A stretch of DNA of 63,186 nt, filler included, from Intoshia linei (lineage: Eukaryota > Animalia > Orthonectida): the NCBI GenBank assembly GCA_001642005.1. It is 7 parts of 7 records of this genome, joined end to end, with 100 filler letters (N's around TTAATTAATTAA, not from the genome) between each part and the next. Parts side by side here need not be neighbours in the genome. Positions count along the whole stretch, not along the records: positions 1 to 17,837 come from LWCA01000793.1; 6 more parts are not named here. One strand, given 5' to 3'. This document shows positions 1 to 12,535 of the stretch, one piece after another; within the stretch, counting starts at the first letter, position 1, and each line of letters starts with the position of its first letter. The notes beneath the pieces were generated by a model. The model did not search any database and was not told the origin of the DNA. It worked only from the letters and a program-made list of their open reading frames with translations. A program made the translations under genes and the position numbers.

Positions 1-208
1 TACATTGAATATATTCATTTGCTAAACTTTTGCATTTTATCAAACCAACAGATGTCACCGTATCACGGGATAAAAGATCGGCTGTATAGTTTAGTACTCC
101 AGGTCGATATATGTCATAATTAAATTCGTCTAACTTCAACATCCATTTAATCAATTCCATTGGTAAATTCATTAAATTGATCATTTCATTAGAATTTCGT
201 TTCAGCAT
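1..208 (-). mobile_element. Ty3/Gypsy LTR retrotransposon remnant (RNase H C-terminal part of pol)
   Basis: Minus-strand translation LIKWMLKLDEFNYDIYRPGVLNYTADLLSRD matches the Gypsy RNase H signature RW.L.L.EF.Y.I.Y.PG..N..AD.LSR; it runs off the window edge. Confidence 0.75.
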
Positions 209-1009
209 ATTCTTTTAGAATCTAAATTCTTGATCTAATTTACTTGAGCATTAATAACCGCATTAATAATTTATTATTTATGCTTACTTGCATTCAAAGA
301 AATTTGTCAACACTATAAATTTTTTTTAGTTTGATTAAAAATTTAATGAGACGATAAAGTAAAAAAATGTATGAATGTATTTAAAGAATCTAAATTCGTA
401 ATTAAATGGAACTAATCGACAGAATTACATTTTTTACAATATTATTTTGTATATATATTTATTATGTACCTTACTATCGAAACAAATAAAAAAATAAGAA
501 TAATCACGAATAATGATCAATACAATTATAATTGCAATAAAGAATAAATAAAAAAAGAAAGTATCGCCAAACTTTTTATTGTCATTAAATAACATAAAAA
601 GATAAATGAAAATAAAATTTAAGAATTACCACAATTAAAAATTTTCTAATTTTAATTAATTGTAATACAACTTTTGATTTAAAATAATACTTTCTCCATC
701 TTTTCAAAATAAAACAAAATACACTTGACAATATACAAATATAGATAAAAGAGTTGTAAAAATAAAAATCAATAACCATAAAGCAAAAAGTATCAATTGA
801 AAATATATTAAATGTTGCCAAAATAATTTAATAATAAATCAAAAACTTAATAATGATATAAAAGTATATATAAATGTTAAGGTTGATTTTTTAGTATAAT
901 AAAATTTTTGTTTTGGTTTGTTTAAGTTTATTTAAGAAAGTAGGTGGATTGTAGTTTTAAAAATTCCATATTCTATTACTTTTTTTGAGATCGCAAATTC
1001 CATTTTTAG

Positions 1010-2450
1010 AAATTGAGTCCTTCAAGGTCAAAAACGAATTTTCCTTGATTTTAAATTCAAACCCGTCCCAGAATTATAAAAAATATACAATCTGATCAAG
1101 ATTTTTAATCCACCAACATTGCGATTATTATCAGTTTCACAATCGTATATCTTTACGGTCAAAACCTCAAATTACCCTTTTTTATTAAAATTAAAACAGC
1201 CCAGAATTTTTAAAAAAATTACAGATTATACAGCTATATCCAGTTATCCCACACAAATAATTTCCATCTGACTAGTGATTGTGATTTCCCGGGAAATGAA
1301 AAAAGTCGAGAAGCGGGAAATTAAAAATTAAATTTCCCGGAAAAAATAAAAATTTTTTATTCATATATAATATAATATAATATAGAAGCATTAATCATTT
1401 TAGAGACCTTAATTAATTTTAGAAACAAAAATAAATTTAATTAATGAAATAAAACGAATCTAGATTGAAATTTACAAATTTAATTAAAAAAAAATTTATC
1501 TATTTTAGATTGTTGAAAAATTGTTTCAAAACACACATAATATTGATAGATTAGTCTTTTAAACGCGTTCTACGTTTTGTAACGAAATTAAAAGTAGTAG
1601 AGAAATTTCTTTCATTTTGTGTTGACGTAGGTTGAACGGTCATAAAGGCTTTCTTTAATTTTAACAATCTTGATGATGTCGTTCCAGTTCGTAACAACTC
1701 ATCATATTTTTCAAAATAATATTGGAAAAAGAGGATAATTCCCTTAAGCGTTAGTAATTTGTGGTTGGAATAAGAGGTTTTTAAAAAAAGTATTGGAAAA
1801 AGGATATTTTTCCATTAAGGGTTGGAAAATTAAATTTTTTATTTGTGGTTTGATAAAGTGCATTTTTTTCATAAGATTTCGTAAAATCGGATTTTTAAAA
1901 AGAATATCGGTGTAAATAAATTTTTCCATGAGGGCTTGAAATGGTAAATTTTAAATATTATAATATAATCATATTTTCATAGTAATAACAAACATAAATC
2001 AAGTACATGTATGTCTCAATTTTTTTCGGCAAATCCCGGAAATTATTAAATATCCCGGGAATTTTGTCCTTGTTTTTTTCCCCAGCAAATACACCTGACA
2101 AAGTGACGCCTTCACGGTCACAATCATTTTAGTATTGATTTTTTTTATTTTGAAACAATTTTATTAAACAAAAAATTTAAAATAATTTACGGTCCTACAA
2201 TTAAAAAAAAGCTTATTCCAATTGATATAAATACAAAATTTCAACCCAAAAATCTACGCATTTCCGTGAAAAATAATTTTTAATATATTATTAACCAATA
2301 TTTTTCTAATGTTTAAATGTAAAATTAAAAAGTAAATATTCATTCTACAATTTAAAAAAAAGTGCATAAACGTCAACATATTTTCAATATAGATATATGG
2401 GTGGAAATCTGATACATTTATTCCTTCGGATTTTTTTTCATTTTTAAACA
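1010..2450 (+). mobile_element. Degraded Helitron-family copy (about 1010-1270 and 2080-2450) interrupted by other repeats
   Basis: Shares internal blocks (ggtcaaaa...aattaccc; gtgacgccttcacggtca; gcttattcca.ttgatataaatacaaaatttcaa; atctacgcatt) with the copies at 8276, 11009 and 50691. The interrupting segment carries cccgggaa motifs near both ends. Confidence 0.55.
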
Positions 2451-2897
2451 CAGTATTCTTTATACCACTTGTCATTCTTGGGATTTAGGAAAAGTTGTCA
2501 ATAAAAAATTTAAAACTATAGAAACAGCGCATAAAACCTTTACATTTTTGTACCTATTCTTTGCACATCGACGGTAGAAAAACGCGTATGTGGAATATAA
2601 TGTATTGTTACACTGATGTAGTTATATATTAGTTATATTTAAATTTTTTTAAATAAAATGTACCTCAGACAAAAGAGCCTTCATGCTAAATAGAAATTAT
2701 GTCAGAATTGATTTAATTTTGTATAAAAATGTTAAAAACCTTATAAACTGCGAGAATAATATCGATTATATATATTGAACAGCAAAATTCGGCCAAATCA
2801 TGTTAAAACTAATTTCAAGAATGTAAAAATATAATGATTTATTGTGTTAGTTTACATTTTTACAATTGATAATTAAAAACCAACTATATATCTACCA

Positions 2898-4630
2898 TTA
2901 CATTAAATCTCTTGTCTTTGGTTTTAAATTATGTAGTCTCATATATGATATTACTTGATTTGGAATTTCAGCCAAAACATTTGCAGCTAAAGAATCATAC
3001 ATTTCAGAAATTTGACCACTTAAAAATGGCAATAACTTTACAAATTGAACTATATCGCGAACAGCTGTTTTAGAACCGATGCTTAATAAACTAGAATCAC
3101 TATCCAAAAATTCCATCGCACTAAAATCAGCGTTTCCTAAACCAACAATTATGATGGATAATGGTAAATTAGACATGTCGATAATTTTTTTTGTAGTTTC
3201 TTGTAAATCTGTTATTAACCCGTCTGTCAATATTAAAAGTATAGTGTATTGTAAAAAGTTTTTAACATTTGAGGCTGAATTTTTATATTCCATGTTGATA
3301 ATGTGGTTTTCTTTTGCCGCTTTTTCAGCACATTGTAGTGTGGGTGAAAACATTGTTGGTCCATGGAATTTTACTGTGGTAACTCTACTGTAGTACGCTT
3401 TTAATATTCCTTCTACTCCAAAACAATCGTTTCCATTGTCTCGTAAGTTAAAACAATGATTAGCTTCAGAATTTTCAGTTAATTTAGCACCAAAACCATA
3501 ACAAGGCAAAAATCTAAACGGTAACGATTAGAAGTAAAATATAAACCATTCAATTTAGTAATTAGTACCAATTTAAATTAAAAATTACTTGTCATGATCA
3601 TATTCCACAACAATGCGTCCAACACTGTTGATTGCAATGACATACTGATTTGTACCTTGATTAATGTTATGTAAACTGTTTGGTAAAGTAGGAGGATAAC
3701 CATTTGAATAAGTGAAATCAATACTAGTGAGCATGTTGATTTGCATGGCAGAACGGACAAAATCCAAAAAAGAAAAACCTTCGATAATAGATTTCACATC
3801 AATAACACACAAAACTTTCAATTTTGGTTTTTCGCCGTTTATAATGTCCAAAGTCAATTTAGTGTCATTTGCATTATAAATTTTAAACAGCTCACAAACT
3901 GTAAAAAAAGTTTGACCGAAATGTACATTAGATTTTAGTACATGTAATATTATTTTTGAATTTAAATCTCCGCCACAAAAATGAAATAAATCAAAATTTA
4001 AATTTTTCCAAATATGGCTGGTACTTTTAGTCGATTCATATGATAGTTTGTTATCAGATCTGTAAAATTTCAAGTTCAAGTTTTGATTGGTTTTGAATAA
4101 TCCCTTTTTAGGTACATTTTTCAGCATTATATCAAAATTTATCGTTCCAGCTGTACCTAGAAAATGTAATATTTAAAATTTATTTAAACTAATTTCTAAT
4201 TTTATATGGTACCTGTTATTTCGTTAATGTCGAAATAAATTTTGCTTTTTTTTTCTAATGGTTTATTTTTTTTATTTAACAAAAAACGGTCTTTTTTTAA
4301 ATTATTCGATGAAACAAGTTCACCCAGTACAAATTCATAATATCCTATAAAATCTTTGCTTTTTCCATTGTTATCATCGTCGTATAATTCAATTCGACAT
4401 TGTTGGTATGATTCAAAATAGTATGTCATTATTACTCGGTCATCAAATTCAGGATTGTGACAATTTGAAATTACTCTAGATTTTTTAATTTGTTGCCATT
4501 TTTTTTCAGTTGTATTTTGATTTGTATAAAAAATATAGAATGGATCACTTCTGCTACAAATGTCTAATTTTGGTAAATCTGTACATTTTATTGATATTTC
4601 AATTTTTGTGTGTGGAATTTCACTATTCAT
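2898..4630 (-). CDS. Copine paralog 1 (C2A-C2B-vWA), 3 exons 4630-4213, 4156-3589, 3513-2898; 533 aa
   Basis: GT-AG introns of 56 and 75 nt join the ORFs in frame. C2A reads DLPKLDICSRSDPF...YDDD..DFIG. vWA reads IDFTYSNG..SLH, YGFGAK, GPTMFSP, LLILTDG, PLSIIIVGLG.ADF..M..LD.D, RDIVQFV, VLAEIP.Q. Confidence 0.93.
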
Positions 4631-4849
4631 GTTTAATTCAAGAAATATTTTCTAGTCGGTACTACTGGCAATAGTACACTTTTTTGTTTTGTTTTTACAA
4701 TTCAAAGTGATAACAAAGTTATAATTAATTTGATTCTAAACTTTAAAAGTTTTGAAAATGAGATATTGAGTAGCAATGATAAAAAAACCGAATTAATGCA
4801 TTTATGAGTCTGAAACCAAAATTTCTGTATTTTAAATGTTTATACGTTA

Positions 4850-5717
4850 CAATTCTCCACTTTTTCGTAATTGTAGGATGAATATTTACATTTTCATTTT
4901 TAATTTTAATTCAACATTTCAAAAATATTGATTGATAAATTAGAGGTGAAAATTATGGCCACAACACAACACAATACTCAAGCTCAAAAAATTTTTCGCA
5001 CAATACTCCACACAATACTCAAGCTCAAAAAAAATTTTGTACAATGCTCAACACAAACTCACGATTGTACACTTTTTTGCATAATGAGCACGCTCAACAC
5101 AAAACTCATTGAGTTTTATCCCAATTCTATTGATAATATATTAAAAAATATTATCCAACGGGAAAGCGTAGATTTCTGGGGTTGAAATTTTTATTTGTAT
5201 CAACTGGAATAAGCTGTATCAGAATTATCTTCTTTTTTTTAAATTGTAAGGTTGTTTTCAGTTAACAAAAAAATGGTAATCTGGAATTTTGATCGTGAAA
5301 ATTATCTTTTTTGAAGTTTCCATTTATGATAATGTTTATAATTTTAAAAACTATCCGAAAATTTATGTTTTATAAAATTTTAAGACATGTCATTTTTAAA
5401 ACAAAGGGTAATTTGCGGTTTTGACCATTAAGGTATACGTTTCTGAGTTTGAGATTAACGAGAGTGTTAATGATTTTAAAACGCGTCTCAGAATGTATGT
5501 TTTATTAAAATGTTCGCTTGATTTGTTTTTTAAACAAAAGGGGAAATTGGGTTTTTGACCCTGAAACACTCCAATTCTGAATCTAAAAAATAGATAAAAA
5601 CACGCTCTGGGAAAAACTGTATTAGAAATGAGTTTTTTTAAATCCTACGACAGTCAAGTTTTTTAATAAATGGTAAGAAACACACACATATACATTTATT
5701 TTTATATAAATAAAGGA
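4850..5717 (-). mobile_element. Non-autonomous Helitron-family copy (5' part, minus strand)
   Basis: Minus strand begins A|TCCTTTATTTATATAA...TGTGTGTGT and carries the same internal blocks as the other copies. Confidence 0.6.
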
Positions 5718-6197
5718 TTAGCAGTAATTTTTATTAAATTCTAGGATAAGTACACTTAGTTTTTTCATTTTAAAAACAATGGATAATTTGTAGTTGTGCC
5801 TGTGAAAATATACGCTTTTGAGGTTGAAATTAATGATAATATCTATTATTATTATTAAATAACTCATGATTTTAAATTTGTATCAGAATGTATGTTTTGT
5901 TAAAATTCTAAGACTCTTTTAATTTTTTTAAAAGATAGTAAGTTATGGTTTCGACCGTGAAATTTTCACTGACTGAGTCAGTTACATTTTGAACTTGATC
6001 TTACTTTCTGATCCAGAAAAAATAACTAAATTATCATTTTTGTTTATGTAATTTAAAATTGAATATATGGTTACCCACACCAAAAAAAAGACCCATTTTT
6101 ACCAATTTTAATTTATATGAGTAAAGATTTTCGTAAATGTTAAGTCGAAACGCGAAGAAATCAATTTCTGAAATGAAGATTTTTGTTTTCAAATATA

Positions 6198-7757
6198 CAC
6201 TCCGTCCAATAATTATAACACTATCATTTTGTTAACAACAATTATATTTGTATATCAAATTTATGAAAATTGGCATGTTGGACATGCACAATGTAAGGTT
6301 GTCATATTAAAAAAAATAAAATTAACTAAAAATTTTTTAATAAAAACGTTAAAAATACAAAAACACGAGTGTCCATAACTTATAACAACACTTTGAAAAA
6401 TCCGATTTTTAATTGTACTAATTAATAATAATTTTATAACAATTTACTTAGAACATGGGTAGAGGTTGCAAATTAAATGATGATGAAAACAATTCATTTT
6501 AAGAGCAGCATATGATGACAATAACATCAGGAGATCGTATAGGAATATTGTTGATCGTTTGAATTGCCATTTTATATCAAGAAGATCGTTTGATGTAGTT
6601 CGATCATTTTTAAATAACCCACAAGGTTATGATGAAGGCAGAAAAAGAGCTGGTGCGAAAACTAAAATGTCAGATAGGACAAAAAGAGTAATTATAAGGG
6701 TGGTAACTTCGAATCCTAATTAAGGTGTAAGAGGTGTTGCGGCGATTATGTGTTCTAAAGGAATAAATATATCAAAATCTTCTGTTTACAATGTTATAAA
6801 GTCAAACCAAAATATCATTCTTGTTAAAATTAAACCAAAGCCAAAATTACTAGCAAGACACAAGGACTCCAGAGTAAAGTGGGCGAAAAATTATCGGAAG
6901 AGTAATGTATATTTCAAAAATATCATTTGGACTATGAAAAAAAGTTCAATCTAGATGGTCCCGATTACTACAATTATTACTGGCATGACTTACGCCATGA
7001 ATTGCCAGAAAGGGTCAGTAGAAGATTTGGTGGAGTGGTGTTATGATATGGGGAGCTTTCTCAAGTGGTGGTATAAAATGTGTTGTCACAATAGATGATA
7101 ATATAAACTCTATTAAGTACCAAACAGTTATAGAGCATAACCTCATACCTATCTTTCCTCACAATGAAAATTTAAAAAAAAATTTGATGTATTAACAAGA
7201 TCATCCGAGTTGTCACAAATCTAGGTCGACAAAATTATTTTTAAATGATCATTTTTTTAATATTATGGACTGGCCTGCTGTGTCTCCAGATCTCAACTCT
7301 ATAGAAAATATTTGGGGTATAATGGTTCGATGTCTCTATGGTGGAAATAAACAATATAACAATATTAATGAATTAATAAAAGCCGTAATGGATTCATGGG
7401 AAGACATTTTGAATGAAACGTTTTTAAAACTATCAGATTCTGTAAAAAATCGAGCAATCGAAGCATTAAAGGTTGGAGCAAAGTCAATTAATTATTGAAA
7501 GAAATATTCATGTAGCATATCTAGTCATTATAATTAATAAAAAGTTGTATTGTTATAATTGTGGACACTCTATATTTCCACTAATTTACTAATTATGGTA
7601 TGAATTAATTAAGAACTAATAATTTTACAATTTTTAAATGAACATGTAATAGCATTTCGTTAATTTTCTATTCTGCCAAATTTTTGATATGTTAACAGTA
7701 TAGTAATTATATTTATTGATAGAAATTTGACTGTTGTTATAATTAGTGGACGGAGTG
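6198..7757 (+). mobile_element. Full-length (1560 bp) defective Tc3-like Tc1/mariner element, DD34E, IR/DR ends
   Basis: Outer TIRs CACTCCGTCCAATAATTATAACA match at 22/23, with TA on the left (TT on the right). Inner repeats lie at 6367-6387 and 7551-7570. Confidence 0.92.
6455..7498 (+). pseudogene. Tc3-like transposase pseudogene (frameshifts and stops)
   Basis: Fragments MGRGCKLND, EKKFNLDGPDYYNYYWHDLR, IWGAFS and QDHPSCH...WPAVSPDLNSIENIWG; 34 residues separate the second D and the E. Confidence 0.9.
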
Positions 7758-8045
7758 TTCCAAGTAATGTCTCATTTTTTTGGGAATTTTTTGGATCAAA
7801 ATTTTTATGTTTCATTTCAACATATATAGAATATGTATACAATGCACATTATACACATATATATTAAAATTTGATTTAAAAATTTGAAAAATTTTGATTG
7901 ATAACATATTAAACAGATAATTCATTTTTAATCAGCCATATGTGTATTTCTGAAATTGACGTATTTTCTGTATGTTTACTGGAAAAAGCTGTATTAGCTA
8001 TATTTCTTTTAAATTTTAGGATTTTTTTTAAAAATTATTAATATA

Positions 8046-8129
8046 CAGTGGAATCCGCTTATAAGAGACGCATCGGGACCAAGTAATTTGTCCCTTATAA
8101 CTATTGTCTCTTATAAGCGGATTCCACTG
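8046..8129. mobile_element. 84-bp Tc1/mariner(pogo)-type mini-MITE
   Basis: Perfect 24-bp TIR CAGTGGAATCCGCTTATAAGAGAC flanked by TA on both sides. Confidence 0.85.
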
Positions 8130-8275
8130 TAATAAGATTGTGTTGTTTTTATTGTAAAAATGCAAATTTCAGTTAATAAAATCTATGAGACTGTATTAGC
8201 CTTGAAAAACTGATAATTTAAATTTTTTTTGATGTAGTTCAAAGATTAAATTTAATCATTATCTTAAGGATAATA

Positions 8276-9010
8276 TCCTTAATTATATAATATGCTACGC
8301 GATTCTTGTTTGTGTGTGTGTTCCACTTTATTGAAATAACTACCAGTTTTATAATTTTATAAAGTCCACATTTCAATTACAGTTTTTTCCGGGACGTATA
8401 ATAAGATAAATTTCAACCTCCAATTTTACATCTTACAGGTCAAACCCTGTTGTCTCTCTTTTTGAAGAGCAAACGAGTTGGAGAATTTAAAAAAATATAT
8501 CAATTGTCCTTCTTTTTGAAATCAAACGAGTTGGAGAATTTAAAAAAAGTATAGTTTTTTTCGGGACATATAATAAGATAAATTTCAACCTCCCAATTTC
8601 ACATCTTACGGGTCAAAAACCCAATTGTACCTCTTTTTGAAAATCAAACGAGTTGGAGAATTTAAAAAAATATATACGCTGATGCGGACTTTGAAATCAT
8701 AAACATTATCATAAATTTAAATTAAAAAAATTACATCTTCATGGCCAAAACCACAAATTACCCCTTTTTTTTTTGAAAACAGCTCTAGAATTTAAAAAAA
8801 TTTACAGGTGGTACAGTTGTATGCTGTTAACACACACAAAAAATTTCAATCCGAATAAGCGACGACTTCAAGGTCAAAAAAGCATTTTAGTATTCATATA
8901 TTTTTTTCCCGAAATATTTTATTACATTTATGTAAAAAATATGAAATAATTAACTATCGAAAATTATAAATAAGATTATTCTGATAGAGCTTATTCCAGT
9001 TGATATAAAT
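8276..9010 (+). mobile_element. Non-autonomous Helitron-family copy (3'-truncated)
   Basis: 5' end A|TCCTTAATTATATAATATGCTACGCGATT...GTGTGTGT followed by internal tandem ~130-bp subrepeats. Confidence 0.75.
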
Positions 9011-9598
9011 ATTATATATCAATTAATTCCAATCCCTGGTTGTGCCTGTACACAGACGGGAACGCGAAGAACCAGCGGTAGTCCCGGTCAGATGGAAATT
9101 GTGGGATCCATATAATTTTTTTAAATTGAACATATATACATTGTCATCGATCGTGTATTGGATAAAAATTAAAAATAGCAGTTGGTAATACATTGGTCAT
9201 TATAAAATTACCATAAATCAGAAATTTGATGATAGTAGGGATTAATAAACATATAATAAGTATAAAGGAGTAATAACATATCTTTAACATATTAATATAC
9301 ATATGTATGAATAAATCACTTATTTATAATGGAATAAGTTATAATCAATCTTTAATACCTTTAAAATCAATACATTGAAATGTTTGTCAATTAAAAATGT
9401 AACCTACTGAATGCAGAATATTTGTGATATTGAGGGCATTTGATTCGAATAACTAATTGGATGATTTAATTCCAAAAGACTTATTTATTACAACCATTTT
9501 GTTAAGAATTTACAATTGTATATACTTTCTTGACAACAATTTTAATATTTAGAAAAATTTTACTATTCCAAGAATTATAAATAGTGAATGTTTGTAAC

Positions 9599-10677
9599 AT
9601 GAAAACTAAAAAACCTAAAAAATCAAAAAAGCATAAAAAATCGACAGTTCAAGTTAATAAGAACATTGTAAGTTTTTAAAAATTATTAAAATGGAAAAAT
9701 TCATCTCAATTATTATTGTTACTTATTGTATACTATAAAAGTAAACATGTTTAGATTAAACTAAATCTAAGTGTGGATAAATTATTGAGCGATCCCTACA
9801 AATACCAAATACTACAGTTGCGTTTAAAAAAATGGCTATCTGACAGAGAATATATTGATACTTTGATTAAAAAGCTAGACCAAAATAAAGCAGCAATAGA
9901 CGATTCAAATAGCAAGGAATCTAATGAGAGTATTTCACCAAAAACAGAAGATTACGACGTGTGTACTTACGAACATTTTATGACAGTTTTGCTGGACGAA
10001 CAAGTTCCTTTTTCAATGGTTGAAATTCAATTCATAATTAGAATTCTAAAAAATAATTCCAGTGACAATTTGAACCGTATGATTTGCTATAAAAATCTTT
10101 ATGCTATTTTAGATTTCATGTAATATCAATTTTATTTTTGGCAATAAGTCTATGACTAATTATAACTATACTTTATTTTTTCAAATTATATGTAGCATTA
10201 TTTAGATGCACAAAAAAGTCAACAGAAAACATTCTCACTAATCAAAATAATGAATTATGTGCTGTTTGTTTAAATTCCAAAAAATTCAATTTGAATCATA
10301 TTAAATGCAGGTAATTATGCACTTGATTCACTAATATTGATTAAAATTATTTTTTTAGATTTTGCAGATTTAGAGTTGTGTTGATTCCGTATGCCGACAA
10401 TAATGATAATCCTAAACATTTAACTTTGATATTTCATTCAAATTCAACAATTGCTAATGTTATTAATACCGTAAAAACAAAAGCAAATATTTACACAAAC
10501 GATTTATACATTTGGAAGGATAAAAATTATAAGGAATTGCTATCTAAAGATACCATACTGGATTCTCTCAATTTTGAATCTACTGATAATTATCTTAATG
10601 CAAGTTGTGTAGATATGGGAATGTTGTATTATGATTTTGAAGCTTGTTATTATGGTTGTCCCATTTTGTATTACTAA
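9599..10677 (+). CDS. Uncharacterised protein, 4 exons 9599-9667, 9755-10119, 10206-10310, 10359-10677 (Lys-rich N-terminus)
   Basis: GT-AG introns join the two track ORFs and two small exons in frame. No family recognised with certainty. Confidence 0.7.
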
Positions 10678-11008
10678 TTTACCTATTTTTAAAAAATATA
10701 TTTACAGTCGTCTTGCTATTATTATTAGATACTTTTTCATTATTCACGCAAACATGTATGCAGAGCCGTTTTAAGGCATGGGCAATGTGGGCTGTAGCCC
10801 ATTTATGATCTTGCTCATTTAAGACGAAAAAATATGTTACTATGTAAATTTTTAATCTCTTAATGTTAATTTTAATTATAATGTACAATTTAAAATTTTA
10901 AATTAAAAAATAATTTTTATAATAAAAATTATTTCGAGCCGGATCTAAACACCTCGCAGGCCGGATCCGTCCCGCGGGTCGTATGTTCCCCATCCCTGAT
11001 ATAGAATA

Positions 11009-12535
11009 TCCTAATTTATATAATATGCTACGCGATTTTTGTTTGTGTGTCTGTGTGTTCAACTTTATTTAAATAACTATGCGTCTTAAAATTTTTTAAA
11101 GACCAAATTTCAATTACAGTTTTTTCTGGGCGTATAATAACATAAATTTCAACCTCCCAATTTCACATCTTAAGGGTCAAAAACCCCTGTTTTCCCTCTT
11201 TTTGAAAATTAAACATGTTGGAAAATTTAAAAAAATTATACCTTCATGGCCAAAACCCCAAATTCCCTTTCTTTTTTTTTGAAAACAGCCCTAGAATTTA
11301 AAAAAATTTACAGGTGGTAGAGTTGTATGATGTTAACACACATAAAAAATTTCAATACGAATAAGTGACGCCTTCACGGTCAAAAAGAGCTTATTTCAGT
11401 TATTATAAATACAAAATTTCAACTCCAGAAATCTACGCATTCCCGGTGAAAAATATTTTTTAATATATTATTAACCAATATTTTTAACATATTTCGAATC
11501 AATTTCAAATTGAAAATGTAAATATTGATCCTACAATTTCAAAAAAAAATGTGGATTGTACGTCTACAAATTTTCAATAAAGACATATGGGTGAAAATCT
11601 ATATAATTCATTCCTTCAAAATTTTTTTCATTGTAACGCAATTTTTAAATTTAAAATTTTCATTTCAAAACATTTTGTATAAACTTTACTTAAATTTTAA
11701 CACTACAGCAACGTATTTATAAAATAAAATAAATTGAAAATGACAAAACAAAAATTAACAGTCACAAGAAAAAAGGCCAAAAGTATGAAGATGAGACGTC
11801 TCAATGAGTCTCAAGAAGATCATGATATCAGAAATAGGTTAGATAACAATTGTTTTTTTAATTAATCAAAGGTTTACCAACATTAAGTTATTCTCAATCC
11901 GACTTTTTGAACGAAGCGCCATATAGTGAATCGCAGCGTGTTATTAATTTCGCGGTATGCAAAACTTTTTTTTGGAGGCTCTCTTTTACTGTGGGTGTCT
12001 CTTTTTCAAAAAATAATAGCAGTTTACACACAATTTTTATTGCAAATTTCAAAATGACCTCATGATGAATACTTTAGAGAAAAAAAACAAAATATGGGTG
12101 TCTCTAAGTAATGGAATAAAATTAACTGCTAAACACTAAGAGTCTTTCATCATAGAGAAAAAAATTATAGAATATAAATAAAATATGTCTGATCTGATGA
12201 TTTTTATTGAAATAATTAAATTACCCTGTGAAATATCACTTAACCCTGAGCCCTAAGTTGAATTTGAAAAATCGAATTATCAGGGGGAAAATAACGCAGT
12301 TGGCAACTTTGATTAATCGTCATAATGTATTCATTCTGATATACATTTAGGAAAATTTTCAGTAGAATTATATGAAGTTATAATCTACGGTAATACATTT
12401 TTGTAGCCTTACTTTAATGATTTCGTAAAAGTGATTTGAACCATAATAGATTTAATTTTTAATGCTAAAATTAGATATTTCCGCCCTCGGCAGAGCTAGG
12501 TGCTGTTTGTACAAAGTACAAACCAGCCAAGCCAG
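11009..12535 (+). mobile_element. Complete non-autonomous Helitron (about 1.5 kb) with an STPR-like ORF remnant and a nested MITE
   Basis: 5' end A|TCC; 3' hairpin GTTTGTAC-AAA-GTACAAAC followed by CCAG|T (variant of CTAG). Short ORF at 11740; nested TIR element about 11869-12311. Confidence 0.75.

Noticed and set aside
585-821. Hydrophobic 78-aa ORF (possible membrane protein or NUMT)
   Set aside because: F/I/L/Y-rich composition is expected from AT-rich noise; no recognisable motif.
3079-3938. Plus-strand ORFs 3079-3393 and 3741-3938
   Set aside because: Antisense shadows of copine exons.
8400-8700. Regularly spaced repeats (aaacgagttggagaatttaaaaaaa) suggestive of a CRISPR array
   Set aside because: Eukaryotic context, non-unique spacers and no cas genes; these are Helitron internal subrepeats.
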